Shown: piece by piece, positions 13,610 through 27,508 of the stretch | Numbering within the stretch: position 1 is the stretch's first letter | How the letters are laid out: each line of letters begins with the position of its first letter | NCBI GenBank assembly: GCA_951406725.2 | Contig: OX597829.1 | Coordinates: 22,630,001-22,694,000 of the forward strand | Source: Octopus vulgaris | Lineage: Eukaryota | DNA: 64,000 nt | Direction: 5' to 3' | The notes under the pieces: generated by a model | The model's database searches: none | Told to the model about the DNA's origin: nothing | The model's input: the letters and a program-made list of their open reading frames with translations, nothing else | Made by a program: the position numbers and the translations under genes

Positions 13610-13996
13610 GCTGGCAGAAACGTTAGCACGCCGGGCGAAATGCTTGGCGGTTAATCGTCTGCCGTTACGCTCTGAGTTCAAATTCCGCCGAGGTCGACTT
13701 TGCCTTTCATCCTTTCGGGGTCGATAAATTAAGTACCAGTTGCGCACTGGGGTCGATGTAATCGACTTAATACCTATGTCTGTCCTTGTTTGTCCCCTCT
13801 GTGTTTAGCCCCTTGTGGGTAATAAAGAAATAGGTATTTCGTCTGCCACTACGTTCTGAGTTCAAATTCTGCCGAGGTCAACATTGCCATTCATCCATTC
13901 GGGGTCGATAAATTAAGTACCAGTTACGCACTGGGGTCGATGTCTGTCCTTGTTTGTCCCTTCTATGTTTAGCCCCTTGGTAATAAAGAAATAGGT
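13610..13996 (+). mobile_element. SINE family B with internal tandem duplication
   Basis: The unit ttcgtctgcc..tacgttctgagttcaaatt...taaagaaata is repeated. Confidence 0.82.
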
Positions 13997-14041
13997 GCCT
14001 TGTGAGTGGATTTGGTAGACGTAAACTGAAAGAAGCCTGTC

Positions 14042-14130
<89 letters not shown>

Positions 14131-14192
14131 TGTATGTATATATATATATATTTATATATATATATATGTATGTATATATATATATACATACA

Positions 14193-14299
<107 letters not shown>

Positions 14300-14415
14300 G
14301 TATGTATATACCGGAGTAAGCACATAAATGTGAAACAAGGTGGAAAAAAAGAGTACTCAAATACCAGAGGTAGAGTAATATGTTTTATTTAAAAGCAGCA
14401 GAAATATAACAAAAG

Positions 14416-14453
14416 CTGTTACTCAGAGTTTCACGTTCCCGTTCGTCGGACAG
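14416..14453 (-). ncRNA. Type I hammerhead ribozyme motif (U4C variant)
   Basis: Minus strand: ctgt-CCGACGA-acg ggaa cgt-GAA-actc t gagt-A-acag. Same family as 30192/30253. Confidence 0.65.
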
Positions 14454-15112
14454 TTTTGTTAAAATGTTTTAAAACATTTTAACAAAACTTTCCGACGAAC
14501 GGGAACTGCTACTTTTAAATAAAGTATATATAAATATCTGTGTGTGTGTGTGTTTTAAAGGAAGAGGAAAACAAAATCAAGGCAAGCTAAGCTTATCAAA
14601 TCCTTTAAATAATTCGCCATCAGCATTTTTCAAACTCTGGCTCCCGACTCTTCAGTGGGTTGTGAGAAAATAGGTCACGACAAGATGAAGGAAAGAAAGA
14701 AAAAAAAACAAAAAAAAAAACGCAAGAGGGTGCAAAATGCAGAATATCCAGCATTTTTCAAACTGTGGGTCCTGAACCCTTCAGTGGGTGCGAGGTAAAT
14801 AAAATGGGTCGCGACAAAAAAAAAAAAGTTTGAATAAACGCTAATTTAAATGATCTGATAAGCTTTTCCTGCCGAGATTTTCTTTTCGTCTTCCTTTAAT
14901 TTATACCCGCTGACTCGTGAGTAGGCTATGGATCCCTAATTCCAGCCCCCCGTTGTGAACTTGGACCCTAGTAGCTTATCAAGTGGACCACTCAGGCAGC
15001 GTACTTATTAGCTTAGATTACCAGTAGCCTAAACCCTACCTATTCTACACACACACACACACACACAACAAATAACAGAAAGGGAAAATGGATATACAAG
15101 AAGCTTTATTAT

Positions 15113-15190
15113 TCACAACGATCGTTTCGACGCATCCTGCATCGATTTCTTGTGGTGCATCCCTCGGTGTAGATGCATCTCCTCGGGTGA
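15113..15190 (-). ncRNA. Type I hammerhead ribozyme motif (U4C variant, long stem II)
   Basis: Minus strand: tcac-CCGAGGA-gatgcatc...gatgcgtc-GAA-ACGATCGT-T-gtga, followed by AATAAA. Confidence 0.65.
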
Positions 15191-15327
15191 TGTTATAAAT
15201 AGTATCTCGTTAAATAAAATCTGTCATGTTTGGTTTTAATTCAGCGTGTTATTAGTGACAGTATTTTAAAGCTGTTATGCAGGAAAGGCAAATGACGGAT
15301 TTCGTTGCGACTCTATGGACATATATT

Positions 15328-15997
15328 GGATCTTTACCTTTTGACCTACAGATTAAAAAAAAATTTTTTGTAACTAAACACTTTCAAACTTCGGACACTG
15401 GTAGAATGTGTCATATAAAACATCTTTTACTCTTAGCATTTTTGAGAAAAACTTATATTTGCGAAGTTATTTCATGTTAAAGTAGTCGTATTTCGGTAAT
15501 TTCAACCAATCAATGACGTGTATTCAGCTGAATAAAATTACTGCCGTTGTTTGTCAACAACAACTATCGGCAGTGTATTTTTCGTTTGTCACTGTTATTT
15601 ATGACATTGTTCGTGCGTTTGTACTGGTTTTAGCTTTAATGTTTTAGGGTTAGGGTTTGGGTTTTAGGGTTAGAGTTTTAGGGTTAGGATGATAGGGTTA
15701 GGTTAGGGTTTTAGGTTTAGGGTTGTCATAAATAATAGTGACAAAGGAAATATACACCGCCGGAAGTTATTGTTGACAAACAACAGCAGTAATTTTATTC
15801 AGCTGAATACACGTCATTGATTGGTAGAAATTACCGAAATAGGACAACTTTAACGTGAAATTACTTCGTAAATATAAGTTTTTTTCTCAAAAATGCGAAG
15901 ATGTTTTATATGACACATTCTACCAGTGTCCGAAGTTTGAAAGTGTTTAGTTACAAGAAATTATTTTTTAAAACTGTCGGTCAAAAGGTAAAGATCC
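15328..15997. mobile_element. Merlin-type foldback MITE with central TTAGGG-like repeats
   Basis: TIR GGATCTTTACCTTTTGACC, long internal inverted arms (about 280 bp) and an 8-bp TSD catatatt/catatata. The centre (15640-15725) is degenerate TTAGGG. Confidence 0.8.
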
Positions 15998-16409
15998 CAT
16001 ATATATATACACGCGCACTCACACACACACATGTATATAAACATACATATCATGTACACACATACACACACACATTTCGTTTTTCTATTTGGTTTGCAAG
16101 ATTATTAATATCAACTCGTGTGTTGAAACAAATCTTGTTGCCAGGGAAGGTCATTACGTGAATAATAAACACATGCGCTGGTTCAGTTTCACTTCTTTAT
16201 TACCTGTCTATTGATAAGTTATCTAAGCAATTAACTAATATATTGTTTGTTTAAAGCTATGGTCTGTCCCCGGCTGCAGAAGACGACACTCGCCCAGGTG
16301 CCACAAAGTGAGACTGAACCGAATATCTGAATTTCTCTTCTTCTTTACACACAAACTTACTGCACAGACACATAAAAACACAGATACTCACAAATATACA
16401 CACATACAC

Positions 16410-17475
<1,066 letters not shown>

Positions 17476-17606
17476 ACACACATACAAATACACACATTAT
17501 ACATACATGCACACATCCATACACATACTACATGCTTACACACATATATATAGAGACATACACATATACATACATACAGACAAGCATACATACACACACA
17601 AATACA

Positions 17607-17638
<32 letters not shown>

Positions 17639-17716
17639 CACATGTATCCATCCATCCATCCATACATACATACATAAATACATACATCCATCCATCCATC
17701 CAAACATACATACATA

Positions 17717-18463
17717 CATGGACAGAAGACTATGCATGGATATGTCAATAGAAAGCTCCGTGATGATAGTAACATCGATCATCAAAACAGTCTATCATGG
17801 ACCAATAGCCGGATTACTACCTCCCACTTTGAAGGGCCTGCGTTTGCAATCCAGCAAATCAGGAGCAGGAAATATCAACCAAACACCTGATGCACAAAAG
17901 GGACAGAGATGCAGGAAAAGCGGCAAAATATGACAATCGATGCAGACTTTGTGGGAGTTCAGATTGAAGATATCACCCGTATCATAAACAGTTGTCCGAA
18001 AATGTCATCACGGTATTATCTACCGATGAGACATGATGCTGTAGCTAGGACACTCTATAATGATATCCGTCGGAAAGATAATCCCGAGGACAAAGAAATA
18101 AAAACCCACAATATGGTAGAAGCTATAGCCATTCATAATAAAAAGGGGGTACTGGTGGAATATACTAGTGATGACCTCATTAAAATATAAGCACAACAGA
18201 CCTGATATAATGATTTGGGATAGAGAAGAGAAACTGTGCACAGTTGTGGAAATTAGCTGCCCATCGGATGTTAACATAGAGCTGAAGATCAATGAAAAAG
18301 GGAATACATACACTGAACTTTTGAGAAATCTACAGTTACTCTATCCAGAGGACAAGTTCAGGTTTATACCTGTAATTATTGGGGCCCTGGCATATGTAAC
18401 ACACTGCCTAAATACCAATCTTGAGAAATTAGGCTTCTCAAAACCAGAAAGGAGAAAGCTAAT
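17717..18463 (+). pseudogene. R4/Dong-clade non-LTR retrotransposon 3' fragment (CCHC knuckle plus restriction-like endonuclease)
   Basis: Frameshifted ...EDITRIINSCPKMSSRYYLPMRHDAVAR...HNRPDIMIWDREEKLCTVVEISCP...IPVIIGALA carries the RHD and PD-(D/E)xK RLE motifs. Confidence 0.85.
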
Positions 18464-18538
18464 ACATGCATACATACATACATACATACATACATACATA
18501 CATACATACATACATACATACATACATACATACATACA

Positions 18539-18572
<34 letters not shown>

Positions 18573-18871
18573 CATACATACATAAATACATACATACATA
18601 CATGCATGCATACATAAATATATAAATACATACATACATACATACATACATACATACATACATACATACATACATACATACATACATACATACATACATA
18701 CATACATACATACATACATAAATACATACATACATACATACATACATACATACATACATACATACATACATACATACATACGTACGTACATAACATTTAA
18801 AGATCCTATACAAAACCACATGGAAACTCCGTGTACTCATGGAATTTCCTCTGCAATGTCAACATGAAATA

Positions 18872-20159
18872 CGAGGGACGTTCAATAAGTAATGCCCCTG
18901 ACCCACTTGCTGTTGTTTGATCTAGCTGAAATTTTGCATGTGCAATTACTTATATCTCTATAGATTAAGTGGCAAATTACAGCTCTGAACTAATTGTGGT
19001 TTCTGATTTACAGGTGTTTGAACTGAGTCAAGTGTGAAATGGAGCCTGTTGAGTGTCGAGCAGTGATCCGGTTTTTGTATTTGAAAGGACGCACACCACG
19101 GGAGACTTTTAATGAAATGAAAGTAACTTATGGTGATGATGCCCCATCATATGACCTTGTAAAACGCTGGCATCGTGAATTCAAACATAGCCGGAACTCT
19201 GTGGAAACAGCTCCCAGATCTGGTCGCCCCTTCTGCCGTTGATGAGACGTCTGTCCGTCAAGTTGAGGCTGCCATTTTGGAAGGTCAACGCATAACTATT
19301 CGCCAAATAGCCCATAAGGTCAAGATTAGTACCGGGTCTGTGGAAACTATCATTCATGACCATTTGCATATGCAAAAGGTGTCTGCCAGATGGATTCCCA
19401 GGTTGCTCACACCTTTCCAGAAGCAAGAACGCGTCGAGTGCTCGAGGATGAATTTGGAGATGTGCCAAGAAGATGAGTCAAAATTTTTCAAAAGACTGAT
19501 TACACAGGATAAAACCTGGGTCCATCACTATGATTCAGAGACCAAAACCCAGTCAATGCAGTGGAAGCACCGTGACTCACCTCCTCCAAAGAAGGCAAGG
19601 GTGCAGCCCTCCGCTGGCAAGGTCATGTTCACAGTCTTCTGGGACCAGGACGGAGTAGTGATGACAGATTTCTTGGCAAAGGGTACCACAATTACAGGAG
19701 CCTATTATACTTCACTTTTGAGGAAATTAAGAGAAGCTATCAAAATCAAGAAGCGAGGCAAGATCAGCAAAGGCATCCTCCTTCTGCAGGACAACGCTCC
19801 GATCCACAACTCGCGTGTCGCCAGATCAGAAGCACAGGCGTGCGGCTATGAACTCCTTCCCCATCCTTACTCTCCTAACCTTGCACCCTCTGATTTTCAC
19901 CTCTTCCCAGCCATGAAGTCGTTTTTGAAAGGAAAGCGTTTCCCAGATGATGCAGCCTTGATTTCTGAAGTCACGTCGTGGTTGGAGGACCAAGCTGGGG
20001 TCTTCTACAAAAACGGTCTCCAGAGCTGCATCAAACGATGGGAGAAATGCGTAACTCTGGGTGGTTCCTATGTAGAAAAAAACTAATAACTCTGCCAAGT
20101 TTTGTTGCTCTACTACTATGGGAAGTGGGTCAGGGGCATTACTTATTGAACGCCCCTCG
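18872..20159 (+). mobile_element. Full-length mariner transposon (1288 bp), inactivated
   Basis: TIRs CGAGGG(A/G)CGTTCAATAAGTAATGCCCCTGACCCACTT, with a TA TSD on both sides. Confidence 0.95.
19039..20086 (+). pseudogene. Mariner DD34D transposase pseudogene
   Basis: Motifs WIPRLL, TQDKTW, LLQDNAPIH and HPYSPNLAPSDFHLF. There is one frameshift near 19230, and YSPDL is altered to YSPNL with a lost Pro. Confidence 0.92.
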
Positions 20160-20499
20160 TATTTGGTAACGATAATTGTCACTTTTCGCTACAGCGTTGA
20201 GCAAAATGCCTTATTTACCATTCTGTAAGATCTGAAGGCGGCGAGCTGGCAGAAGCGTTAGCACGTCGGGCGAAATGCTTAGCGGTATTTCGTCTGCCGC
20301 TACGTTCTGAGTTCAAATTCCGCCGAGGTTGATTTTACCTTTCATGCTTTCGGGGTCGATAAATTAAGTACTCTCTTCTAAAACTGAGAGTACTGCAACC
20401 TCTGTTGCTGTCGTTACATGCTGTTGTAGCTGTTGCTGTTATTGACGATGCTGATGCCGTGGTACTGATAGCAGAGGAAGCCTTCTTTCAACAGTCACT

Positions 20500-20997
20500 T
20501 GTTAGGGCAGAACGCTTTGAGGCGAACGGTTTGAGCCGCGTTTGTGAAATCTAGGCCTTCCACTCCCACTACTACCAACTGTTACTCAATCCTGCGGTGC
20601 ATGGGGTCAAGAATCCTGTTCAGTTTCTCAAGTTTTACCTGAATCAAGATCTCCAAATCTATTCCATCCAATTTCCATTTCGAAATTTTAAAACTTCTGC
20701 TAGTATTAGGCTTTTCAGCGCAACGTTTTTCCTCGCTCACCAGAAGTTCAATTCTGGTGGTACATACGCAATTTTTATTCTGATCACAATTCGTTTCAGG
20801 TAAATTGAAATGTGTAAATACTTCTTTTCTACGTCGAGCGATGGTCTGTTTCTAGGCCAGTATCTCCAAGTGAAAATTTAACCGTACGCAGCCTTAATAC
20901 TTGGTAGGAGTAATAGTCTGTCTTTTCAGATGCTTTTCAAGTCAATATCAACTTGGTCTGGAGAGATTCGCTTCAGTCTATACCTTTTTAAATACAC

Positions 20998-21000
<3 letters not shown>
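20500..21000 (-). pseudogene. Possible degraded LINE ORF1-like remnant
   Basis: Broken frames RIVIRIKIAYVPPEL and VVGVE/GRPRFHKRG resemble 27662-27964 (RINIKNVAPEV) and a decayed zinc-knuckle lead-in. Similarity judged by eye only. Confidence 0.25.
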
Positions 21001-21080
<80 letters not shown>

Positions 21081-21109
21081 ACTATCTATCTATCTCTTTA
21101 CTCTTTTTA

Positions 21110-21405
21110 CACTTTTACTTGTTTCAGTCATTTGACTGCGGCCATGCTGTAGCACCGCCTTTAGTCGAGCAAATCGACCCCAGGACTTATTCTTTGTAAG
21201 ACTAGTACTCATTCTATCGGTCACTTTCGCCGAACCGCTAAGTTACGGGGGACGTAAACACACCAGCATCGGTTGTCAAGTGATGTTGGGGGGGGGGGAC
21301 AAACATAGACATACAAACACACGTACACATATATATATACATATACACGACGGACTTCTTTCCAGATTCCATCTACCAAATCCACTCACAAGGCTTTGGT
21401 CGGCC

Positions 21406-21408
<3 letters not shown>
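21110..21408 (-). mobile_element. SINE family A, 5'-truncated
   Basis: Reverse-complement similarity to family A. Confidence 0.8.
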
Positions 21409-21468
<60 letters not shown>

Positions 21469-21632
21469 AATAAGAAAATGGAGGAACAAATTCATTTCGA
21501 TCATCAACTTACTGATATTATTACAATTTCACATTATTTATTAATTATACAAATGGGAACGTGGAAATCGAACAAAACAATATACATCAATATGCAAATT
21601 AATAATAAAATAAAAGCAATACAAATAAACTG

Positions 21633-21766
21633 CTCCTTACAGCTGTTTCAGCCTATGGTCAAGAGACAATCCAACTTAAATTGCCTATAGATGCCATTGT
21701 AATATAGTCCTAGGCATTAAAGATTGTATTTGTATGTTTAAATAACCAAAGGCCTCGTCATAACTA
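21633..21766 (-). ncRNA. Degenerate hammerhead ribozyme motif with long stem II insert
   Basis: Minus strand: ATGACGA-ggcctttggtt...gaccataggct-GAA-ACAGCTGT-A-aggag. C3 and stem I are damaged. Confidence 0.45.
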
Positions 21767-22149
21767 TAAAATTATAATAATAATAATATGAACTGACTTT
21801 ACCTGGACTTGTAATTCGGACTGAATGTTTCGGATCCCAAATGGAACTAAATCAAATGGCTTTGCAACATTAGCAAAGGCGCTTTCTTTTTGCCCTGCTT
21901 CTACTGCTGTTAATAAGTAATAAAGTTGTTGCTGTTGCTGCTGTAATTGCTTATTACTGGTGTGGATGTAGTTCTTGTATTGTTGCTAATATAACTTGTT
22001 GCTAATGGGACGGTAGCTGTGGGAATGCTTTCTTCTCCCCCGTTGATAATTTTGTTGAGAGCAGCAGCAGCAGCGGCTTTACAACCACTGTCTGCTATTT
22101 TATTTTAAACATCATCATTGCTGCAGCTATTGTTATTCTCTCTCTCTCT

Positions 22150-22372
22150 CTCTTTTACTCTTTTTCTTGTTTCAGTCATTTGACTGCGGCCATGCTAGAG
22201 CACCGCCTTTAGTCGAGCAAATCGACCCCGGGACTTATTCTTTGTAAGCCTAGTACTTACTCCATCGGTCTCTTTTGCCGAACCGCTAAGTTACGGGGAC
22301 GTAGACACACCAGCATCGGTTGTCAAGCGATGTTGTGGGGGGGGAACAAACACAGACACACAAACACACACA

Positions 22373-22444
<72 letters not shown>

Positions 22445-22609
22445 TACGACGGGCTTCTTTCAGTTTCCGTCTACCAAATCCACTCACAAGGCTTTGGTCG
22501 GCCCGAGGCTATAGTAGAAGACACTTGCCCAAGGTACCACGCAGTGGGACTGAACCCGGAACCATGTGGTTGGTAAGCAAGCTACTTACCACACAGCCAC
22601 TCCTACGCC
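22150..22609 (-). mobile_element. SINE family A, full length
   Basis: Reverse-complement match to family A. Confidence 0.88.
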
Positions 22610-23053
22610 TGTTGTTGATGTTGCTGTTATCGTTGTTGTTGCTATTGGTGCAACTGTCGACAGTTATTGCTACAGAGGTGATGTTGTGTAGTGGGAGGTT
22701 TTGACTGTAAATTACGGCTTTTACCTTCGAAATCACTCGCACTTTGCCCTCTTGGTAGCAGGCTGGCAAAGATGAAGATGTAGAAGACATCCTGAAATTT
22801 TTTTGTTTTGGATCCTAAATGGAACTCTCTCTCTCTCTTTTCTCTCTTTTACTTGTTTCAGACTGCGGCCATGCTGGAGCACCGCCTTAAATCGAGCAAC
22901 TCGAACCCGGGACTTATTCTTTTTTTGTAAGCCCAGTACTTATTCTATCGGTCTCTTTTGCCGAACCGCTAATAAACGGGTACATGAACACACCAGCATC
23001 GGTTGTCAAGCAATGCTAGGGAGACAATCACAGACACACAAACACACACACGC

Positions 23054-23084
<31 letters not shown>

Positions 23085-23229
23085 TAAGAGAGTGGTCACT
23101 ATATGGCTCACTCTAGCACCAGTTAATCCAAAAGGTTTCAACCACGAAAATACATGTTTCCCATGAAAGTCAGTACGATTGTTAGCTCACACGGACAGGG
23201 CAAATAAAAAATAACAAAAATACAGATTA

Positions 23230-23312
23230 TTTTGGGACAATTGTTTCGCTATTAATGAATTAAATGTAATTTTACTTACAAAAAAAATCCATTTGTAGCT
23301 CGTCAGCCAAAA
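23230..23312 (-). ncRNA. Canonical type I hammerhead ribozyme, copy 1
   Basis: Minus strand: ttttgg-CTGACGA-gcta...tagc-GAA-ACAATTGT-C-ccaaaa. The core is complete, with a GUC triplet and a 6-bp stem I. Confidence 0.85.
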
Positions 23313-23765
23313 CTATCTGGATGAAATCCACTCAATCACACGCCAGATTTTACCATAACGATAAATACGCGTGTGGTTCAATTGATTACATCCGACGTTA
23401 TAATTCAAATGCCCCAACTAACAGCGCGCCAAACTTTCACGGAAAACAAATACAGCATTTAGAAATGAATGCAGCATAATTATAATTAATTAATAAGGGT
23501 GAGAGAATTAGATACTAATTTAATAGTATATCTATTCAACACCAAGTGGCCTAGTGCTACGAGAAACCTGGATTATTATAATATTTTATAACATATTATA
23601 ATATTTTTACAAAATAAATATAAGAGAGTGGTCACTATATGGCTCACTCTAGCACCAGTTAATCCAAAAGGTTTCAACCACGAAAATACATGTTTCCCAT
23701 GAAAGTCAGTACGATTGTTAGCTCACACGGACAGGGCAAATAAAAAATAACAAAAATACAGATTA

Positions 23766-23848
23766 TTTTGGGACAATTGTTTCGCTATTAATGAATTAAA
23801 TGTAATTTTACTTACAAAAAAAATCCATTTGTAGCTCGTCAGCCAAAA
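23766..23848 (-). ncRNA. Canonical type I hammerhead ribozyme, copy 2
   Basis: Same motif as 23230-23312, 536 bp away. Confidence 0.85.
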
Positions 23849-24684
23849 CTATCTGGATGAAATCCACTCAATCACACGCCAGATTTTACCATAACGATAA
23901 ATACGCGTGTGGTTCAATTGATTACATCCGACGTTATAATTCAAATGCCCCAACTAACAGCGCGCCAAACTTTCACGGAAAACAAATACAGCATTTAGAA
24001 ATAAATGTGCATATACATAGATGTGCGTGTGCATATATAGTTATACATGCATACACATACACACATACGCACGCATACACACACACACACACAAATACAT
24101 ACATAACATATTATAATATTTTTACAAAATAAATATAAGAGAGTGGTCACTATATGGCTCACTCTAGCACCAGTTAATCCAAAAGGTTTCAACCACGAAA
24201 ATACATGTTTCCCATGACCACTCTCTTATATTTATTTTGTAAAAATATTATAATATGTTATAAAATATTATAATAATCCAGGTTTCTCGTAGCACTAGGC
24301 CACTTGGTGTTGAATAGATATACTATTAAATTAGTATCTAATTCTCTCACCCTTATTAATTAATTATATATATATATATATATATACATATATACGACGG
24401 GATTCTTTCAGTTTCCGTCTACCAAATCCACTCCAAGGCTTTGGTCGGCCCGAGGCTATAGCAGAAGACACTCGCCCAAGGTGCCACGCAGTGGGACTGA
24501 ACCCGGAACCATGTGGTTGGTTAGCAAGCTACTTACCACACAGCCACTCCTGCGCCTTTTTTTTTTTTTTTAGCTTAATATGATAAAGTTGTTAAATTTA
24601 AGAAATAAAATATTCTGGAAAGGAAAACAAAACGCAATCTTTAAAGGACACCTAAAACTCGTTCTGCCCCGACGATGAATAGCA

Positions 24685-24957
24685 GCATGTTTTTCATCTT
24701 TTTCATCTATTTTTCATACAGATTTTTCATTATTTTTTTCATCTTTTTTCGTTTATTTTTTTATTTTTTCCCCCATCTTTTTCATCTTTTTTTCATACAG
24801 ATTTTTCATTATTTTTTTCATCTTTTTTCGTTTATTTTTTATTTTTTCCCCCATCTTTTTCATCTCTTTTTCATACAGATTTTTCATTATTTTTTCATCT
24901 TTTTTCGTTTATTTTTTATTTTTTCCCCCCATCTTTTTCATCTTTTTTTCATACAGG
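24685..24957. repeat. ~73-bp T-rich tandem repeat (about 4 units)
   Basis: Unit tttttcatacagatttttcattatttttttcatcttttttcgtttattttttattttttcccccatc. Confidence 0.85.
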
Positions 24958-25218
24958 TTATTTTTATCATGGTTATCAGACAGAAAGAAACTAACTGCCC
25001 TTCGTGGTCAAAGGAGGGCAATGAAAAGGAGTGGCCTTCTTGTTGGACTCGTCAGTCAGCCAGATCTATCGCACACATGACAAAAAAAAAATGCCTCAAA
25101 TTAGCGATGCTGGGGCAAGCTTGGCTGACGGTTCTGCCGGAATTGCAGAGTTTGTCTTCAAAAGGTAAAAGCCTCCATACCGGTAAGCAATACCAGATCA
25201 TGGATTTCTGGAAGTTAT

Positions 25219-26383
<1,165 letters not shown>

Positions 26384-26689
26384 TAGCTCTGCTGGACGCA
26401 CTACCGTTCTACTTCTCTTCTTAGTTTCTCCTCAGCCTGGGTCTTTTCTAAACAGTCTTTCATGATATATCTTGCAAAATCTTATATAAACAACATAAGT
26501 TACCCAATATATAAACCATGCAATTTCTTTTTCTTGGGTTTTTTTTTTTTTTTTTTTTTTTCTTCTGAAACCCACTTTTAAGCATTTTTTCGCTTTCAAG
26601 CATGTATCTCAAATATTCGTATACTCATCAGCTCCCGCTACAGCTCCATTCAAATTTATATTTCTCTCGAGCAAATATATAGGGTTTTT

Positions 26690-27118
26690 AAGGCGATTAC
26701 CTGGCAGAAACGTTAGCAAGCGCCGGGCGAGGTGCTTCGCGGTATTTCGCGGTATTTCGTCTGCCGTTACGTTCTGAGTTCAAATTCCGCCGAGGTCGAC
26801 TTTGCCTTTCATCCTTTCGGGGTCGATAAATTAAGTACCAGTTACGCACTGGGGTCGATGTAATCGACTTAATCCGTGTGTCTGTCCTTGTTTGTCCTCC
26901 CTGTGTTTAGCTCCTTGTGGGTAGTAAAGAAATAGGTATTTCTTCTGCTGTTACGTTCTGAGTTCAAATTCCGCCGAGGTCGACTTTGCCTTTCATCCTT
27001 TCGGGGTCGATAAATTAAGTACCAGTTACGCACTGGGGTTGATGTAATCGACTTAATACCTATGTCTGTCCTTGTTTGTCCCCTCTGTGTTTAGCCCCTT
27101 GTGGGTAGTAAGGAAACA
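26690..27118 (+). mobile_element. SINE family B with internal tandem duplication
   Basis: Matches 13610-13996 and 54533-54950. Confidence 0.85.
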
Positions 27119-27224
27119 TATATAGTGTTTTTATAAGAGTATTTTAGGAATATTAAATCTGCCCCAGTATTTCACTGGTATTTTGTTTAACAATCCCAGA
27201 GGAATGACAAGTAAAGTTACTCTT

Positions 27225-27427
27225 TTATTCTTTTAATTGTTTCAGTCATTTGACTGTGGCCATGCTGGAGTAGTGCCTTTAGTCGAGCAAATCGGCCCCA
27301 GGATTTATTCTTTGGAAGCCTAGTACTTTTTCTATCAGTCTATTTCGCCGAACCGCTAGGTTAGAGGAAGTAAACACACCAGCATCGGTTGTCAAGCAAC
27401 GTTGGGGGAACAAACACAGACACACAA

Positions 27428-27508
<81 letters not shown>

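Larger units (their letters stand above)
23077..24368 (-). mobile_element. Retrozyme/PLE-like non-coding tandem element (536-bp unit) with terminal inversion
   Basis: 23077-23612 repeats from 23613 at a period of 536. A third partial copy lies at 24102-24217 and an inverted piece at 24218-24368. Each of the first two units contains a canonical HHR. Confidence 0.75.
22845..24557 (-). mobile_element. SINE family A split by a 1.3-kb tandem HHR element
   Basis: The 3' half is at 22845-23075 and the 5' half at 24370-24557; the insert lies in the central (TA)n. Confidence 0.85.

Noticed and set aside
15640-15725. True telomere or chromosome fusion site
   Set aside because: Short, degenerate and enclosed within MITE arms.
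26600-26640. Isolated CTGATGA words (also near 44625, 49118 and 52823)
   Set aside because: No correctly spaced stem II, GAAA or stem I.
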